DNA of 64,000 nt from Alphaproteobacteria bacterium (GCA_965237415.1 CBDEFM010000002.1:2944001-3008000), one strand, 5' to 3'; positions 44,271 through 54,587 are shown, numbered from the stretch's first letter. Notes: a model not told the origin generated them from the letters alone. Numbers and translations: made by a program.

Positions 44271-46033
44271 GGTTTCGCGCCGCACTCGGCTTCCATCGTG
44301 GCGAGCAGGTCGTCGATCGAGCCCGGCGTGCGAATGCCGAGATTGCCGAGATCCTGGCGCACATCGACCGGAACGTCGGAGCCTTCGATATCCTCGTTCA
44401 GCACGCCGCCCATGAAGACGAGCGCATCCAGCCGCGCGGCTCGCATCTCGTCGATCAGCTTGGTTCCGTAGCTGCGGGCGACGCCGTTGTGCGTCGTTAT
44501 GACGACGGCGTCGGCGGCGGTCTCGACCGCGACCTTCACGATGTCTTCGGGATCGCGATTGATGCCGCAATCGATGACGTTGCTTCCGGCGGCATCGAGG
44601 GTGGAAGTGAGCAGGAACTTCGCGAACTCATGGACGTCGGTGGAGGCAACCACGACGGTCTTCGCCTTCAACCCATCGGCCGGGCCGCGCGCGGCGAGGC
44701 CGGCGAGAAGCGCCTCCCGCTGCTTCATGGTCTCGCGGACCAGATCGGTCTCCAGGATCGGGCTGCGGCCACGCAGATACGAGTCATCGCGCGCGCCGGC
44801 GCCGAACAGCGCCTCGCAGGTCTCAGGCCCGAGCCGCTTGAGCAGGAGCAGAACGGGCGCGGGATCCTGCACGTCGACGCCCATCTCCGCCATGGCATCC
44901 AGCGCGTTCCGGAAGAAGCGCTTTCCGCCTGCCACAAGCTGATCGCGGAGCGCCTCGATCTTGCCCCAGTCCACATAGGGCTCCATCATCGGCAGGTAGT
45001 CTTCGCACTTGCGGCTCACCGTCTGGACGGTGGCGACCTCCTGCCAGGTGGGAATGCGCTCGACCTCGGTCACCGGCACGGCGATGGGCGCGCCGCCCAG
45101 CCGGTAACGCAGGTCCGTCATCTTCATCATCAGGTCGTTGACGAGAACGGCCATGTTGCTGTCGAAATCGCGCGAATACCCGATCGTGTCGCCCTGAATG
45201 AACGAGGTCGGCACGCGGTTCGGGTTCACCGCGTCCAGCGCGAGCGTCACCGCCGACTTGATGATCGGGTTCTGCGTGAGACCGCCCCAGGAGCTCGAAT
45301 AGGCGGCGCCGATCAAATCTTCGGCGACGTAGCGCTCCAGCATCGCCCAGCCGACGTAGCTCGCGTAGTCGTGGAAGACGCCGGGATAGCCGTCCTCCAG
45401 ATAGGAATCGAACACGACCCCCTGGTCGCGGAGCGATGCCAGCACGCCGCCCGCCTTGAGCACCGCCATCAGTTGCGCCGTCTCGTCGTCCCAGTAGGGC
45501 CAGCGCCAGGAATACTGGCTGAGCACCCCGATGCAGGTGATGCCGACCTGGAGCACGTTCACCACATTGTCGACCGAGCCCGGCCCGCCGATCATGTTGT
45601 CGGCCGCCTCCGGCTGGATCGGCACGGTGTGGGTCATCTCCCACCAGTGCCGATCGGTCCAGAGAACGGGGCCCGTCTCCTGCGGGGCCTGGGCGCGAAG
45701 CTCCTTCGGCAACCCCATGCGCCGCTCGGCGAGCAGGTTGAAGCGGTCCGGCGGGCGCACGCCGCGCGAGAGCGCGTCTTCGTAAATAAGGCCCATGGCC
45801 TCTCGGGTGTCGTCCCACGTGGCGAGGCCGATATTCATGCAGGTGCACGGGATGCCCTCAGCCCGCGCCTTCTCGCGCCACTCGCGCTCTGAGCCCACGC
45901 CTTTCTCTTCGCAATAGAGCGAGGTCGAGCGCTCGATGGTCGGCCCCAACGCACGGCCTTCCGCGACCGCCTCGCGGCCGTCCGGCAGATCGGCGGGGAT
46001 CAATGCGGCAAGATCGATCGCTTCCAGTGACAC
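44267..46033 (-). CDS. Cobalamin-dependent mutase-like protein (catalytic domain plus C-terminal B12-binding domain; 2-methyleneglutarate-mutase-like)
   Basis: 588 aa. C-terminal Rossmann domain with STDVHEFAK (DxH), ITTHNG and FMGGVLN. Also PVTEVERIP. Stop overlaps the GTG start of the mutL-like gene. Confidence 0.75.
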   Translation of the reverse strand: MSLEAIDLAALIPADLPDGREAVAEGRALGPTIERSTSLYCEEKGVGSEREWREKARAEGIPCTCMNIGLATWDDTREAMGLIYEDALSRGVRPPDRFNLLAERRMGLPKELRAQAPQETGPVLWTDRHWWEMTHTVPIQPEAADNMIGGPGSVDNVVNVLQVGITCIGVLSQYSWRWPYWDDETAQLMAVLKAGGVLASLRDQGVVFDSYLEDGYPGVFHDYASYVGWAMLERYVAEDLIGAAYSSSWGGLTQNPIIKSAVTLALDAVNPNRVPTSFIQGDTIGYSRDFDSNMAVLVNDLMMKMTDLRYRLGGAPIAVPVTEVERIPTWQEVATVQTVSRKCEDYLPMMEPYVDWGKIEALRDQLVAGGKRFFRNALDAMAEMGVDVQDPAPVLLLLKRLGPETCEALFGAGARDDSYLRGRSPILETDLVRETMKQREALLAGLAARGPADGLKAKTVVVASTDVHEFAKFLLTSTLDAAGSNVIDCGINRDPEDIVKVAVETAADAVVITTHNGVARSYGTKLIDEMRAARLDALVFMGGVLNEDIEGSDVPVDVRQDLGNLGIRTPGSIDDLLATMEAECGAKP

Positions 46034-46044
46034 TGCTGCTCTCC

Positions 46045-46848
46045 CTAACCCGCCAGTGTCCAGCCGCCGTCGGCGAGCACCATCTGGCCGGTGATGTAGC
46101 CGGCACCGTCCGAGGCGAGGAAGAGCACGGTCTCCGCGATCTCCTGCGGCATACCCATGCGCTTCAGCTGGGTCATGTTGACGGCTTCCTCGATATGCTC
46201 GGCTGGGATGCCCCAGTCGGCATCCCAGTTGGCCTGGATCGGCCCCGGCGAGACGGCGTTGACCCGGATGCGCGGTGCTAGGTCGCGCGCGAGCGAGGCG
46301 GTGAAGCCGCGCACCGCGCCCTTGGCCGCGCAGTAGGAGACGGCGACGGAGTTCACCATGTTCTCCTGGTTCACGCCGTTGCCGTACGAGCCCGCGAAAT
46401 TGACGATGGCGCCGCTGCCGCGCGCCTCCATGTGCGGCACGACGGCGCGGCACATGAGGAACGTGCCTTTCACATCCACCGCGAAGAGCGCATCCCAGGC
46501 CTCAGGCTCGGTGTCGGCAAAGCGGACGGCGTCCGCCGCGTCGATCCGGCCCGCCGCGTTGATCAGCACGTCGATGCCGCCGTAGCGCGCCACCGCGTCG
46601 TCGACGAAGGCCTGCACCGAGCGCTCATCGGTAATGTCGAGAGGGGCGGCGTAAGCCGTGCCGCCGCCGGCCGCGATCTCGTCGACGGCCTGGGCGGCCG
46701 CATCGGCGCCACTGCGATAGGCCAGCGCCACGCTCGCCCCCTCACGGGCCAGCGCGCGGGCAGAGGCGCCGCCCAGCGCTCCGCTCGCACCGGTCACGAT
46801 GGCGACCCGCCCTTCGAATCTGCGGCCGTCGTTCCAGCGACTAGCCAC
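46045..46848 (-). CDS. SDR-family oxidoreductase
   Basis: TGASGALG, NAAG, YCAAK, RVNAVSPG and YITGQ. Confidence 0.9.
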   Translation of the reverse strand: MASRWNDGRRFEGRVAIVTGASGALGGASARALAREGASVALAYRSGADAAAQAVDEIAAGGGTAYAAPLDITDERSVQAFVDDAVARYGGIDVLINAAGRIDAADAVRFADTEPEAWDALFAVDVKGTFLMCRAVVPHMEARGSGAIVNFAGSYGNGVNQENMVNSVAVSYCAAKGAVRGFTASLARDLAPRIRVNAVSPGPIQANWDADWGIPAEHIEEAVNMTQLKRMGMPQEIAETVLFLASDGAGYITGQMVLADGGWTLAG

Positions 46849-46986
46849 GGAGCCTCCCCATGCCGGCTGCGTTTGGCGGAAGTGTAGAGGCCGCCGCCTG
46901 ACCCGTGAACGGCACCCCGGCCCGAATTCAGGCCGCGCCCGTTCTGGCGTATGCTCCGCCTGCCCACGAAACGATGCGGCGCGCGA

Positions 46987-48698
46987 TGGCTGCCATCCTC
47001 GAAATCCAAAACGTCACGAAGACGTTCCGCGGCGGCGTGCGCGCCGTGGACGATGTGACGCTCGCCGTCGAGGAAGGCGAGTTCCTGACCGTCCTCGGGC
47101 CCTCCGGCTGCGGCAAGACGACGACGCTCCGCATGGTGGGCGGCTTCGAGTTTCCCGATGCGGGCCGCATCGTGCTCGACGGGCGCGACGTGACCGACCT
47201 TCCGCCTTATCGGCGACCGGTCAACATGATGTTTCAGGACTTCGCGCTCTTCCCGCATCTCACGGTCGCGCAGAACATCGGCTACGGCCTCACCATCGCC
47301 GGCATGAAGCGGCGCGAGGCGGCGCGCGAGGTGGAGGACGCGCTCCACACGATCGAGCTGCTCGACAAGGCCGACCGCAGGCCGGCGGAGCTCTCCATCG
47401 GCCAGAAGCAGCGCGTGGCGCTCGCCCGTGCCCTAATCCGGCGACCGAAGATCCTGCTGCTCGACGAGCCGTTGTCGGCGCTCGACGCCAAGCTCCGTGA
47501 ATCGATGCAGCTGGAGTTGAAGCGCCTGCACGACCAGATCGGCCTTACTTTCATGATGGTCACCCACGACCAGACCGAGGCGCTGGTGATGTCCGACCGC
47601 ATCGTGGTGATGGATGCCGGCCGCATCGTGCAGGCGGGATCGCCGACCGACCTCTACGACCGGCCCGAGACGCCCTATGTCGCGAACTTTCTGGGCACCT
47701 CCAACATGGTCGCAGGCATCGTGACCGGGATGGCAGACGGCACCCTGCAGGTGAGCTGCGGCACAGCCGATATCCGCGTCGCGCTCCAGGGTGCCGCGCC
47801 GGCGGTGGGCGCCCGGGTCACGCTCTCGATCCGGCCCGAGAAGGTAGCGCTCGGCGACGGGCGCGCGCTTCCGGCCGGTTTCAACAGCCTCTCCGGCCAG
47901 CTTCGCGATGTCTTCTTCCACGGCGATTCGGTCAGGCTCGCCATCGATATCGGGGCCGAGCGGCTGCTCATCGTGCGCCGCCAGCTCGAGACCGGGCTGC
48001 ATCAGATGCCGCTGCCGCCGGTGCCCTTCGGCGATTGGACGCTGCAGTGGTACGTCAAGGCCTTCACCAACCCGCAGCTGCTGGCGGCGGTGGGGAACAG
48101 CCTGATCGTGGCGGTCTGCGCGCTCGCGATCTGCCTCGTGATCGGCATTCCGACGGCACTGGCGCTGAGCCGCTACGACTTCCCCGGCAAGACCGTGTTC
48201 CGCCGCCTCGTGATCCTTCCGATCACACTGCCGGGCATCATCACGGGCGTCTCGATGCTGAGCTTCTTCTCGCAGCTCGGCATCGAGCTGAGTCTCACCA
48301 CGGTGATCGTCGGCCACGGCACTGCCTTCGCCGCCATTGTCATCACCAGCGTCTATGCCAGGCTCGAACGCTTCGACCGGCGCATCATCGAGGCCTCGGC
48401 CGACCTCGGCGTGACCCCGCTCAGGACGTTCTGGAAGGTCACGCTGCCCAACATCCGGACCTCCATCATCGGCTCCTCGCTGCTGGTCTTCACGCTCTCC
48501 TTCGACGAGATACCGGTGACCTTCTTCCTCACCGGCCGCGACAACACGCTGCCGATGTACATCTGGTCCGCCATTCGCCGCGGTATCACACCGGAGATCA
48601 ACGCCATCGGCACGGTGATCATCGCCGTCTCGATCATCCTGATCGTGGTCTCGACCGTGATCCTGATCCAGCCGGCAGAGAGGCGGCGGGAGCGGTAG
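46987..48698 (+). pseudogene. In-frame fusion of a PotA-like ATPase to a 5'-truncated PotC-like permease (deletion product)
   Basis: GPSGCGKTT, DEPLSALD and a TOBE domain, then an abrupt switch at ~48010-48025 to PFGDWTLQWY...EASADLG...SFDE...GITPEINA. Confidence 0.75.
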
Positions 48699-48717
48699 CG
48701 CCCCGCTCCCGCAGCGT

Positions 48718-48972
48718 CTACGGCAAGCGGTCCTCGGGGTCCGGCGGCTCGCCGCCGTCCCTGCGCAGCAGGCAGCGGGCCGCCTCGATGTCGGCTTCGG
48801 CGCTTCGCGCGGCGAAGAATTCGGCCGTCCTCATGGCGGAAACCTTCTCGGCGACAGCCGTCGCCACGAACTGGTTGATGCTCGTGCCGTCTTCCCGGGC
48901 GATCTGCGCGGCGGCCTCCTTTAGCGACTTGGGCAGCCGCAGCGGATAGGTGCTGGTCTCCTTCTTCACCAT
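48718..48972 (-). CDS. RHH/CopG-type antitoxin
   Basis: YPLRLPKSLKEAAAQIAREDGTSINQFVATAVAEKVSA. Overlaps the PIN gene. Confidence 0.85.
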   Translation of the reverse strand: MVKKETSTYPLRLPKSLKEAAAQIAREDGTSINQFVATAVAEKVSAMRTAEFFAARSAEADIEAARCLLRRDGGEPPDPEDRLP

Positions 48973-49388
48973 GCGAGCCTCCTCAATGCCTCCTGGGGCG
49001 ATTGCAGCGCCACCCCGAATTGCGCCGGTGCGTCCCCAAAATCCCGCCGGTTGAACGTCACCAGAGCGTCGGCCCTGCCGTTCACGGCGGCTTCGAGGAC
49101 CATCTCGTCGGCGGGGTCGCGGAGCTGGGGGCGCCACAAATACCGCGCATGAACCGGTTCGCACACCGCACAAAGCGCCGAGACGATGGTCGATACCTCC
49201 TCATCGCTCAATCCCGACACGATCCGCTGCGCAGGATCGCGGCAGATCGCCTCGTATTCCAACGCCAGGGCCACGGACAGCAGGAGCGTGAACCTTTCAC
49301 TCAAGGCATGGTCGATCAGCGCTGCGGAGGCGCCGCTCGGGCTGCGCAGACCGGCGACCACGACGTTGGTGTCCAACACAAATCGCAT
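48966..49388 (-). CDS. PIN-domain toxin
   Basis: MRFVLDTNVVVA, LEYE, DPADEMVLEAA and VTFNRRDF. Confidence 0.88.
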   Translation of the reverse strand: MRFVLDTNVVVAGLRSPSGASAALIDHALSERFTLLLSVALALEYEAICRDPAQRIVSGLSDEEVSTIVSALCAVCEPVHARYLWRPQLRDPADEMVLEAAVNGRADALVTFNRRDFGDAPAQFGVALQSPQEALRRLAW

Positions 49389-49420
49389 CGTATATGATAT
49401 GATATTGTATGCGATGTCAA
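49389..49420 (-). promoter_or_regulatory. Putative sigma70 promoter of the PIN-RHH operon, probably leaderless
   Basis: TTGACA followed by an AT-rich ATATCATATCATATA directly before the ATG. No SD. Confidence 0.45.
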
Positions 49421-49429
49421 CAAGTGATT

Positions 49430-50311
49430 TTAGGAGCGCTTGACCCGCTCTCCCTGTACCGCCGCAGCCTGCCCTTCCGGGATCAGGTCGCGCGCGCCGG
49501 CGCTCTGGTCCTCGTAGCCGCGCAGGAGCTCGATCGGGTCCTGCAGGTCGTGCCAGCCCAGGAAGGGCTCGTGCACGGCGTAGCCGATGAGCCGCTGCAG
49601 CGCCTCGGGCAGGGTTCGCGCGATGTCCGGCGGCACCGCGAGGTACTGGTTCTGCTCCTGCCGCAGCCAGCCGAGGCAGTAGCCGTAGAGGAGGCCGATG
49701 CGCACATCCTCGGCGCGGTTGGCCCCGCCCGCGTGATAGGCGGAGCCCAGGATGTAGACGGCCGAGCCACGCGGCATCGCGGCCGGCAAGGCCTCCGCCA
49801 GCGTCGGCTTGCGCTCGTCGTCCCAGCGATGGCTGCCCGGCACGACCAGCGTCGCCCCATTCGCCGCGGTGAAATCCGTAAGCGCCCAGATGACCGTGAC
49901 AACGCTCTGCCGCTCGCTCGGATGGGCGAGGGGATAGACCAGATCGTCCCGATGCAGCTCCTGCCGCGTCTCCTCCGGACCGATGGCGATGGCCGCAGCG
50001 GAAGAAAGCTGATAGCGGGCACAATAGGGTCCGAGCACCGCATCGTTGAGGGCTTCGATCGCCGGATGGAGGGCGAGCGCGCCCGCGGTGGGGGAATTGA
50101 CCAGGACCGTGTGCGTGCGCCTGGTCTTGTGGCCCACGAACTCGCCGGTCCCGGTGGGCGTGCGTGCGATGTCCGGTGCCAGGTCGGTGGCGACGGCGTC
50201 CACGGTCGCCGCGTCGGCGAGGTTCTCCAGGATCACGCACCCGTCCCGCGCGAGAACCTCCAGAATCTCGTCCGTCGGCGTCCTTCGGGGCAGCGAGACG
50301 AGGGCGCTCAT
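49430..50311 (-). CDS. Phytanoyl-CoA dioxygenase-family Fe(II)/2OG enzyme
   Basis: QELHRDD, ALTDFTAANGAT, PGSH, YHAGGAN and GWLRQEQNQYL. Confidence 0.88.
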   Translation of the reverse strand: MSALVSLPRRTPTDEILEVLARDGCVILENLADAATVDAVATDLAPDIARTPTGTGEFVGHKTRRTHTVLVNSPTAGALALHPAIEALNDAVLGPYCARYQLSSAAAIAIGPEETRQELHRDDLVYPLAHPSERQSVVTVIWALTDFTAANGATLVVPGSHRWDDERKPTLAEALPAAMPRGSAVYILGSAYHAGGANRAEDVRIGLLYGYCLGWLRQEQNQYLAVPPDIARTLPEALQRLIGYAVHEPFLGWHDLQDPIELLRGYEDQSAGARDLIPEGQAAAVQGERVKRS

Positions 50312-50516
50312 CCGCGTTTGCTCAAAAGATACGGAGCACCGCGTCGCCCACAACCTGCGACACGGTGCTCCGGTCCATGCTTGCCGCCAATTTTGTCGCT
50401 CACGGCAGCCGGCCTGCGGCCGGCGCCTCCGCGAGGGCGCCGCGGAAGCGGCGGGCCGCGGTCGCGGCCTGTCGCGAGTCCGTCAAAGACGGACTCGCTC
50501 TAGGCGGCAGCGACAG

Positions 50517-51492
50517 CTATTCGGCTGCCAAAATCTCGTTCCAGGTCTCGACATACTTGCCGATGCGTGGCGGCAGCTTCCAGAAGTCGAGCCCCTCGGC
50601 GTAGTCGAGGTCGTCGAGGTGGAGGTCGCGCTTCACCTCGTCGGTCAGGCACTCCTGCACGGCGGCCGGGTTCGCGGCGGAGTAGCCGGCGACCCGCACC
50701 ATGCCGCACTGGCCGTCGGGACCTGAGATGAAGTTGATCCACTGATACGCGCAGTCGACGTTCTCGCTGCCCTTTACGATGTTCCAGACGTCCTGCCAGC
50801 CGTCGGCCTTCTCCACCGGCAGCAGCTCGGCGACGGGAATATCCATCTTCTTCAGCTCGCTCACCTGGTAGCCGCCCCAGGTTTCGGAGACCCAGATCTC
50901 GCCGTTGGCGTAGAGCTCGATCAGCTCGCCGGCCGAAGACCAGTACTTCCGCACCAGCGGCTTCTGCTCGATCATCTTCTGCTTGACCGCGTCGAGCTGC
51001 TCGTCGGTCATATCGTAGACGTCGAAGTCGGCGCCATACATGAGGCGGGCGGTCAGGTACATGCTGCTCTTGACGTTCTGGATGCCGATCTTGCCCTCGT
51101 ATTGCGGGTCGAACAGCACCGCAGCCGAGGTCGGCGGGGTATCGAACTTGTCGGTGCGGTACATGAGCGGGATCGAGCCCCAAGCCATCGGCATGGACCA
51201 GACTTGGCCGTCAGACTGCACACCCGGATGATCGCGGAAGGAGGCATAGATCTCGTCGAAGTGCTCGAGGCGGGCCGGGTCGAGGGGCTCGAGCACGCCC
51301 ATGCCGACCATCAGCTGGGCATTGTCGACCGCCGGCGAGATGAGGTCGTAGCCGCCGCCGCCCGCCGCCATCTTCGCGGTGATCTCGTCGTTGGAACCGA
51401 CGTAGGTGGGCACCAAGGTGCATCCCGTCTGCTCGGTGAAGACCTCGATCCCGCTCGGGTCGGTATAGCCCTCCCAGGTCAGCGCGCGCAGC
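50517..51492 (-). pseudogene. PotD/PotF-like polyamine-binding protein lacking a start codon and signal peptide
   Basis: The frame reads *LRALTWEGYTDP...GGGYDLISP... An in-frame TAG lies directly before the mature-domain motif, inside the 3' end of the racemase gene. Confidence 0.7.
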
Positions 51493-52147
51493 TAGGTCCC
51501 CGGCTGCGGAGCATGGCGAGCGCCATGCCGACCGCGGCCTGCGAGGGGTCGATGACGGGGCAGCCGAGGTGCGCCTCGAGCGGCGCCCGGTAGCGCGCCA
51601 TGCCGGCGCAGCCGAGGACGATCACGTCCGCGCCGTCCTCGTCCTGCAGCCGCTCCGCCGCTTCGGTCATGCGGGCTGCGACGATGTGCTCCTCTGCAAG
51701 CTCCGTGACCCCGAGGCCGATGGCGCGCTCGCCGGCCATGCGGTCGCTCAAGCCGAGCGAGGCGACGTAACGCCGGTGACGCGGGATCGACGTTTCAAGG
51801 ATGGCGACGATGCCGAAGCGCTCGCCACGGGCGAGCGCCGCCAACATGCCGCATTGGGCGATGCCGAAGACCGGCGCGCGCGTCGCCTCCCGCGCCGCGT
51901 GAAGGCCGGGGTCGGAGAAGCAGGCGACGACGAAGGCATCCGCCTGCTCCCGCTCGATCGCACGGCAGAGCGGCGCCACCACCTCGTCCACATGGCGTTG
52001 GGTCTCGATGCCGGGCGGGCCCTCCTTGAGCGTCATGCAGTCGATGACGGGCCCGCCGTCGAAGCGAAAGCCCTTGAGCGCGCGGGCGATATCGTCCGTT
52101 ACCGTGCTGCTGCTGTTCGGGTTGATGACGAGAATGCGGGCGCTCAC
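51479..52147 (-). CDS. Asp/Glu/hydantoin racemase family protein
   Basis: VINPNSS, ACFSDPG and LGCAGMA. Confidence 0.9.
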   Translation of the reverse strand: MSARILVINPNSSSTVTDDIARALKGFRFDGGPVIDCMTLKEGPPGIETQRHVDEVVAPLCRAIEREQADAFVVACFSDPGLHAAREATRAPVFGIAQCGMLAALARGERFGIVAILETSIPRHRRYVASLGLSDRMAGERAIGLGVTELAEEHIVAARMTEAAERLQDEDGADVIVLGCAGMARYRAPLEAHLGCPVIDPSQAAVGMALAMLRSRGPSCAR

Positions 52148-53088
52148 GGCGCCTTCCCGCGTGGCGGCACGAGGCCCGTGGTCTCGACGATCAGGCCGTA
52201 ATGCTCGGTGCGCCGGTGGGCCCCGAAGTCGAAGGTGCTCGACTTGAGGAAGGCGCCGTCGTCGAGGTCGCAGGCGGCGGCGACGACCTCGTCATCGACC
52301 GAGCGGGCCTGCGCCACGATCTCGCCGTTGGGCGAGACGATCGCGCTGCCGCCCAGCATGTCGACGCCTTCCTCCCGCCCGGCCTTGGCGACGCCGACCA
52401 CCCAGGTCCCGTTCTGATAGGCGCCGGCCTGCATGGAGAGGTGGTTGTGGAAGGCCCGCCGGTGCGGCGGCTCGAAGGCGAGGCCGTTGAGCGCGGGCGT
52501 GTTGTAGCCGATCAGCACCAGCTCCACGCCTTGCAGGCCGAGCACGCGGAAGGCCTCGGGCCAGCGCCGGTCGTTGCAGATCAGCATGCCGACGCGGCCG
52601 CCGAGCGCCTCCCACACCGGGAAGCCGAGGTTGCCCACCTCGAAATAGCGCTTCTCCAGGTGCTGGAACTCGCGCTCGGCCTCATGCTCGGCGTGGCCGG
52701 GCAGGTGGACCTTGCGATACTTGCCGACGATCGCACCCGCATTGTCGACCAGGATGGCCGTGTTGAAGCGGCGGGGTTTCCCGCCCTCCCGTGCAAGCTC
52801 CGCGTAGCCGAGGTGAAAGGCGATCCCGAGGGAGGCGGCCTCCTCGAAGAGCGACCGGGTCTCGGGGCCGGGCATCTCCGCCTCGAAGAACGCATCCACC
52901 TCGGCATCGCCCAGCAGCCAGCGCGGGAAGAACGTGGTCAGCGCGAGCTCCGGATAGACCACGAGGTCGGCGCCGCGCGCTGCCGCCTCGCGCATCAGGC
53001 GGGTCATGCGCTGGACCACATTCGCACGCGGCTCGTCGCGGGCGATGGGGCCGAGCTGGGCGGCTGCGACGGTGACGATCCGGCTCAT
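52144..53088 (-). CDS. N-carbamoyl-D-amino-acid amidohydrolase
   Basis: PELALTTFFPRW, YRKVHLPGH, HLEKRYF and ICNDRRWPE (Glu-Lys-Cys triad). Confidence 0.92.
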   Translation of the reverse strand: MSRIVTVAAAQLGPIARDEPRANVVQRMTRLMREAAARGADLVVYPELALTTFFPRWLLGDAEVDAFFEAEMPGPETRSLFEEAASLGIAFHLGYAELAREGGKPRRFNTAILVDNAGAIVGKYRKVHLPGHAEHEAEREFQHLEKRYFEVGNLGFPVWEALGGRVGMLICNDRRWPEAFRVLGLQGVELVLIGYNTPALNGLAFEPPHRRAFHNHLSMQAGAYQNGTWVVGVAKAGREEGVDMLGGSAIVSPNGEIVAQARSVDDEVVAAACDLDDGAFLKSSTFDFGAHRRTEHYGLIVETTGLVPPRGKAP

Positions 53089-54575
53089 TCCCTGTCCTCT
53101 CCCGACCATGGGGCGTCGTACTCGCCGCTCTCCGGCGCGAAGCCGTGGACCCGCCGGCCCAGAGGGTACGCCGCTTCCGGCAGGTCGCAGCGCAGGAACT
53201 GGCCGCGCCCCGGCTCGCCCAGCACCGCGCCGTCGTCCCACACCACCGTGCCGCGGGAGAGCGTGGTCACCGGCCAGCCCGTGACGACGCGGCCCTCGTA
53301 GGGTGTGTAGTCGAGATTGTCGTGCAGCATGTCCTGCGAGATCGTCACCGTGCGCTCCGGGTCCCAGATCGCGATATCGGCGTCGCCGCCGACCGCGATG
53401 CTGCCCTTGCGCGGGTAGAGGCCGTAGAGCTTCGCCGGGCGGGTGCAGCAGAGGTCGACGAAGCGATTGAGGCTAATCCGCCCGGCGCCCACGCCGGCGG
53501 AGAACAGCATCGGCATGCGGATTTCGAGCCCCGGCACGCCGTTCGCGATCCTGTTGAAGGGCGCGCCCTTGCCGTGCATCTGCTTGCCCTCAGGGTCGTC
53601 GTAGCGATAGGGCGCGTGGTCGGAGGAGAAGACGTCGAACACGCCGCCCTCCAGGCCGCGCCAGACGTACTCCTGGTTCGCGGCGTCGCGGGGCGGCGGG
53701 CTGCACACGTATTTCGCGCCCTCGAAGCCTTCGCGGTCGAGGTCGGCGGCGGTGAGGAAGAGATATTGCGGGCAGGTCTCGGCGTAGAGCCTGAGCCCCC
53801 GTGCCTTGGCGGCACGGATCTCCTCCATCGCCGCGCGCGCCGAGACATGCACGATCAGAATCGGCAAATCGACGATTTCGGCGAGCGCGATCGCCCGATG
53901 GGTCGCCTCGCGCTCGGCTTGGGCGGCGTGGGCGACGGCATGGAACTGCGGGGTGGTGCGGCCGGCGCCGATCAGGCGCTCCGTGAGCCAGGCGATGACG
54001 TCGTGGTTCTCGGCGTGGACCATCACCATCGCGCCCTCGCGCCGCGCCGCCGCGAGCACGTCGAGGATCTGGCGGTCGTCGAGCTTGAGCGCGTCGTAGG
54101 TCATGTAGATCTTGAACGAGGTGTAGCCGTCCGCGATCAGCGCCGGCAGCTCCTGGCCGAGCACCTGCTCGGTCGGGTCCGAGACGATCAGGTGGAAGGC
54201 GTAATCGATCACCGCCTTGCCCCGGGCGCGCGCGTGGTAGTCCTCGACAACGGCGCGGAGCGATTGGCCCCGGTGCTGCGCCGCGAAGGGGATGATGCAG
54301 GTGGTGCCGCCGCAGGCGGCCGAGATGGAGCCGGAGCGGAAATCGTCCGCCGTGGTGGCGCCCATCGAGGACGGCTGGTCGATGTGGCAGTGGCTGTCCA
54401 CCCCGCCCGGCAGCACGAGCTTGCCCGTCGCGTCGATCTCGTCTGCGCCGGGCCCAAGCCCTTCCGCCAGGGCGACGACGCGGCCGTCGCGGATTCCTAA
54501 GTCACAGGCGACCGTGTCGGCTGCCGTGGCCACGGTGCCGCCGCGGATGACGAGATCGTAGTTGGCCTGAGCCAT
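53085..54575 (-). CDS. hydA: Dihydropyrimidinase / D-hydantoinase
   Basis: GGVDSHCH, SFKIYMTY, VHAEN, ETCPQY, CSPP and SSDHAP. Confidence 0.92.
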   Translation of the reverse strand: MAQANYDLVIRGGTVATAADTVACDLGIRDGRVVALAEGLGPGADEIDATGKLVLPGGVDSHCHIDQPSSMGATTADDFRSGSISAACGGTTCIIPFAAQHRGQSLRAVVEDYHARARGKAVIDYAFHLIVSDPTEQVLGQELPALIADGYTSFKIYMTYDALKLDDRQILDVLAAARREGAMVMVHAENHDVIAWLTERLIGAGRTTPQFHAVAHAAQAEREATHRAIALAEIVDLPILIVHVSARAAMEEIRAAKARGLRLYAETCPQYLFLTAADLDREGFEGAKYVCSPPPRDAANQEYVWRGLEGGVFDVFSSDHAPYRYDDPEGKQMHGKGAPFNRIANGVPGLEIRMPMLFSAGVGAGRISLNRFVDLCCTRPAKLYGLYPRKGSIAVGGDADIAIWDPERTVTISQDMLHDNLDYTPYEGRVVTGWPVTTLSRGTVVWDDGAVLGEPGRGQFLRCDLPEAAYPLGRRVHGFAPESGEYDAPWSGEDRE

Positions 54576-54587
54576 TGCGCGCTCCGG

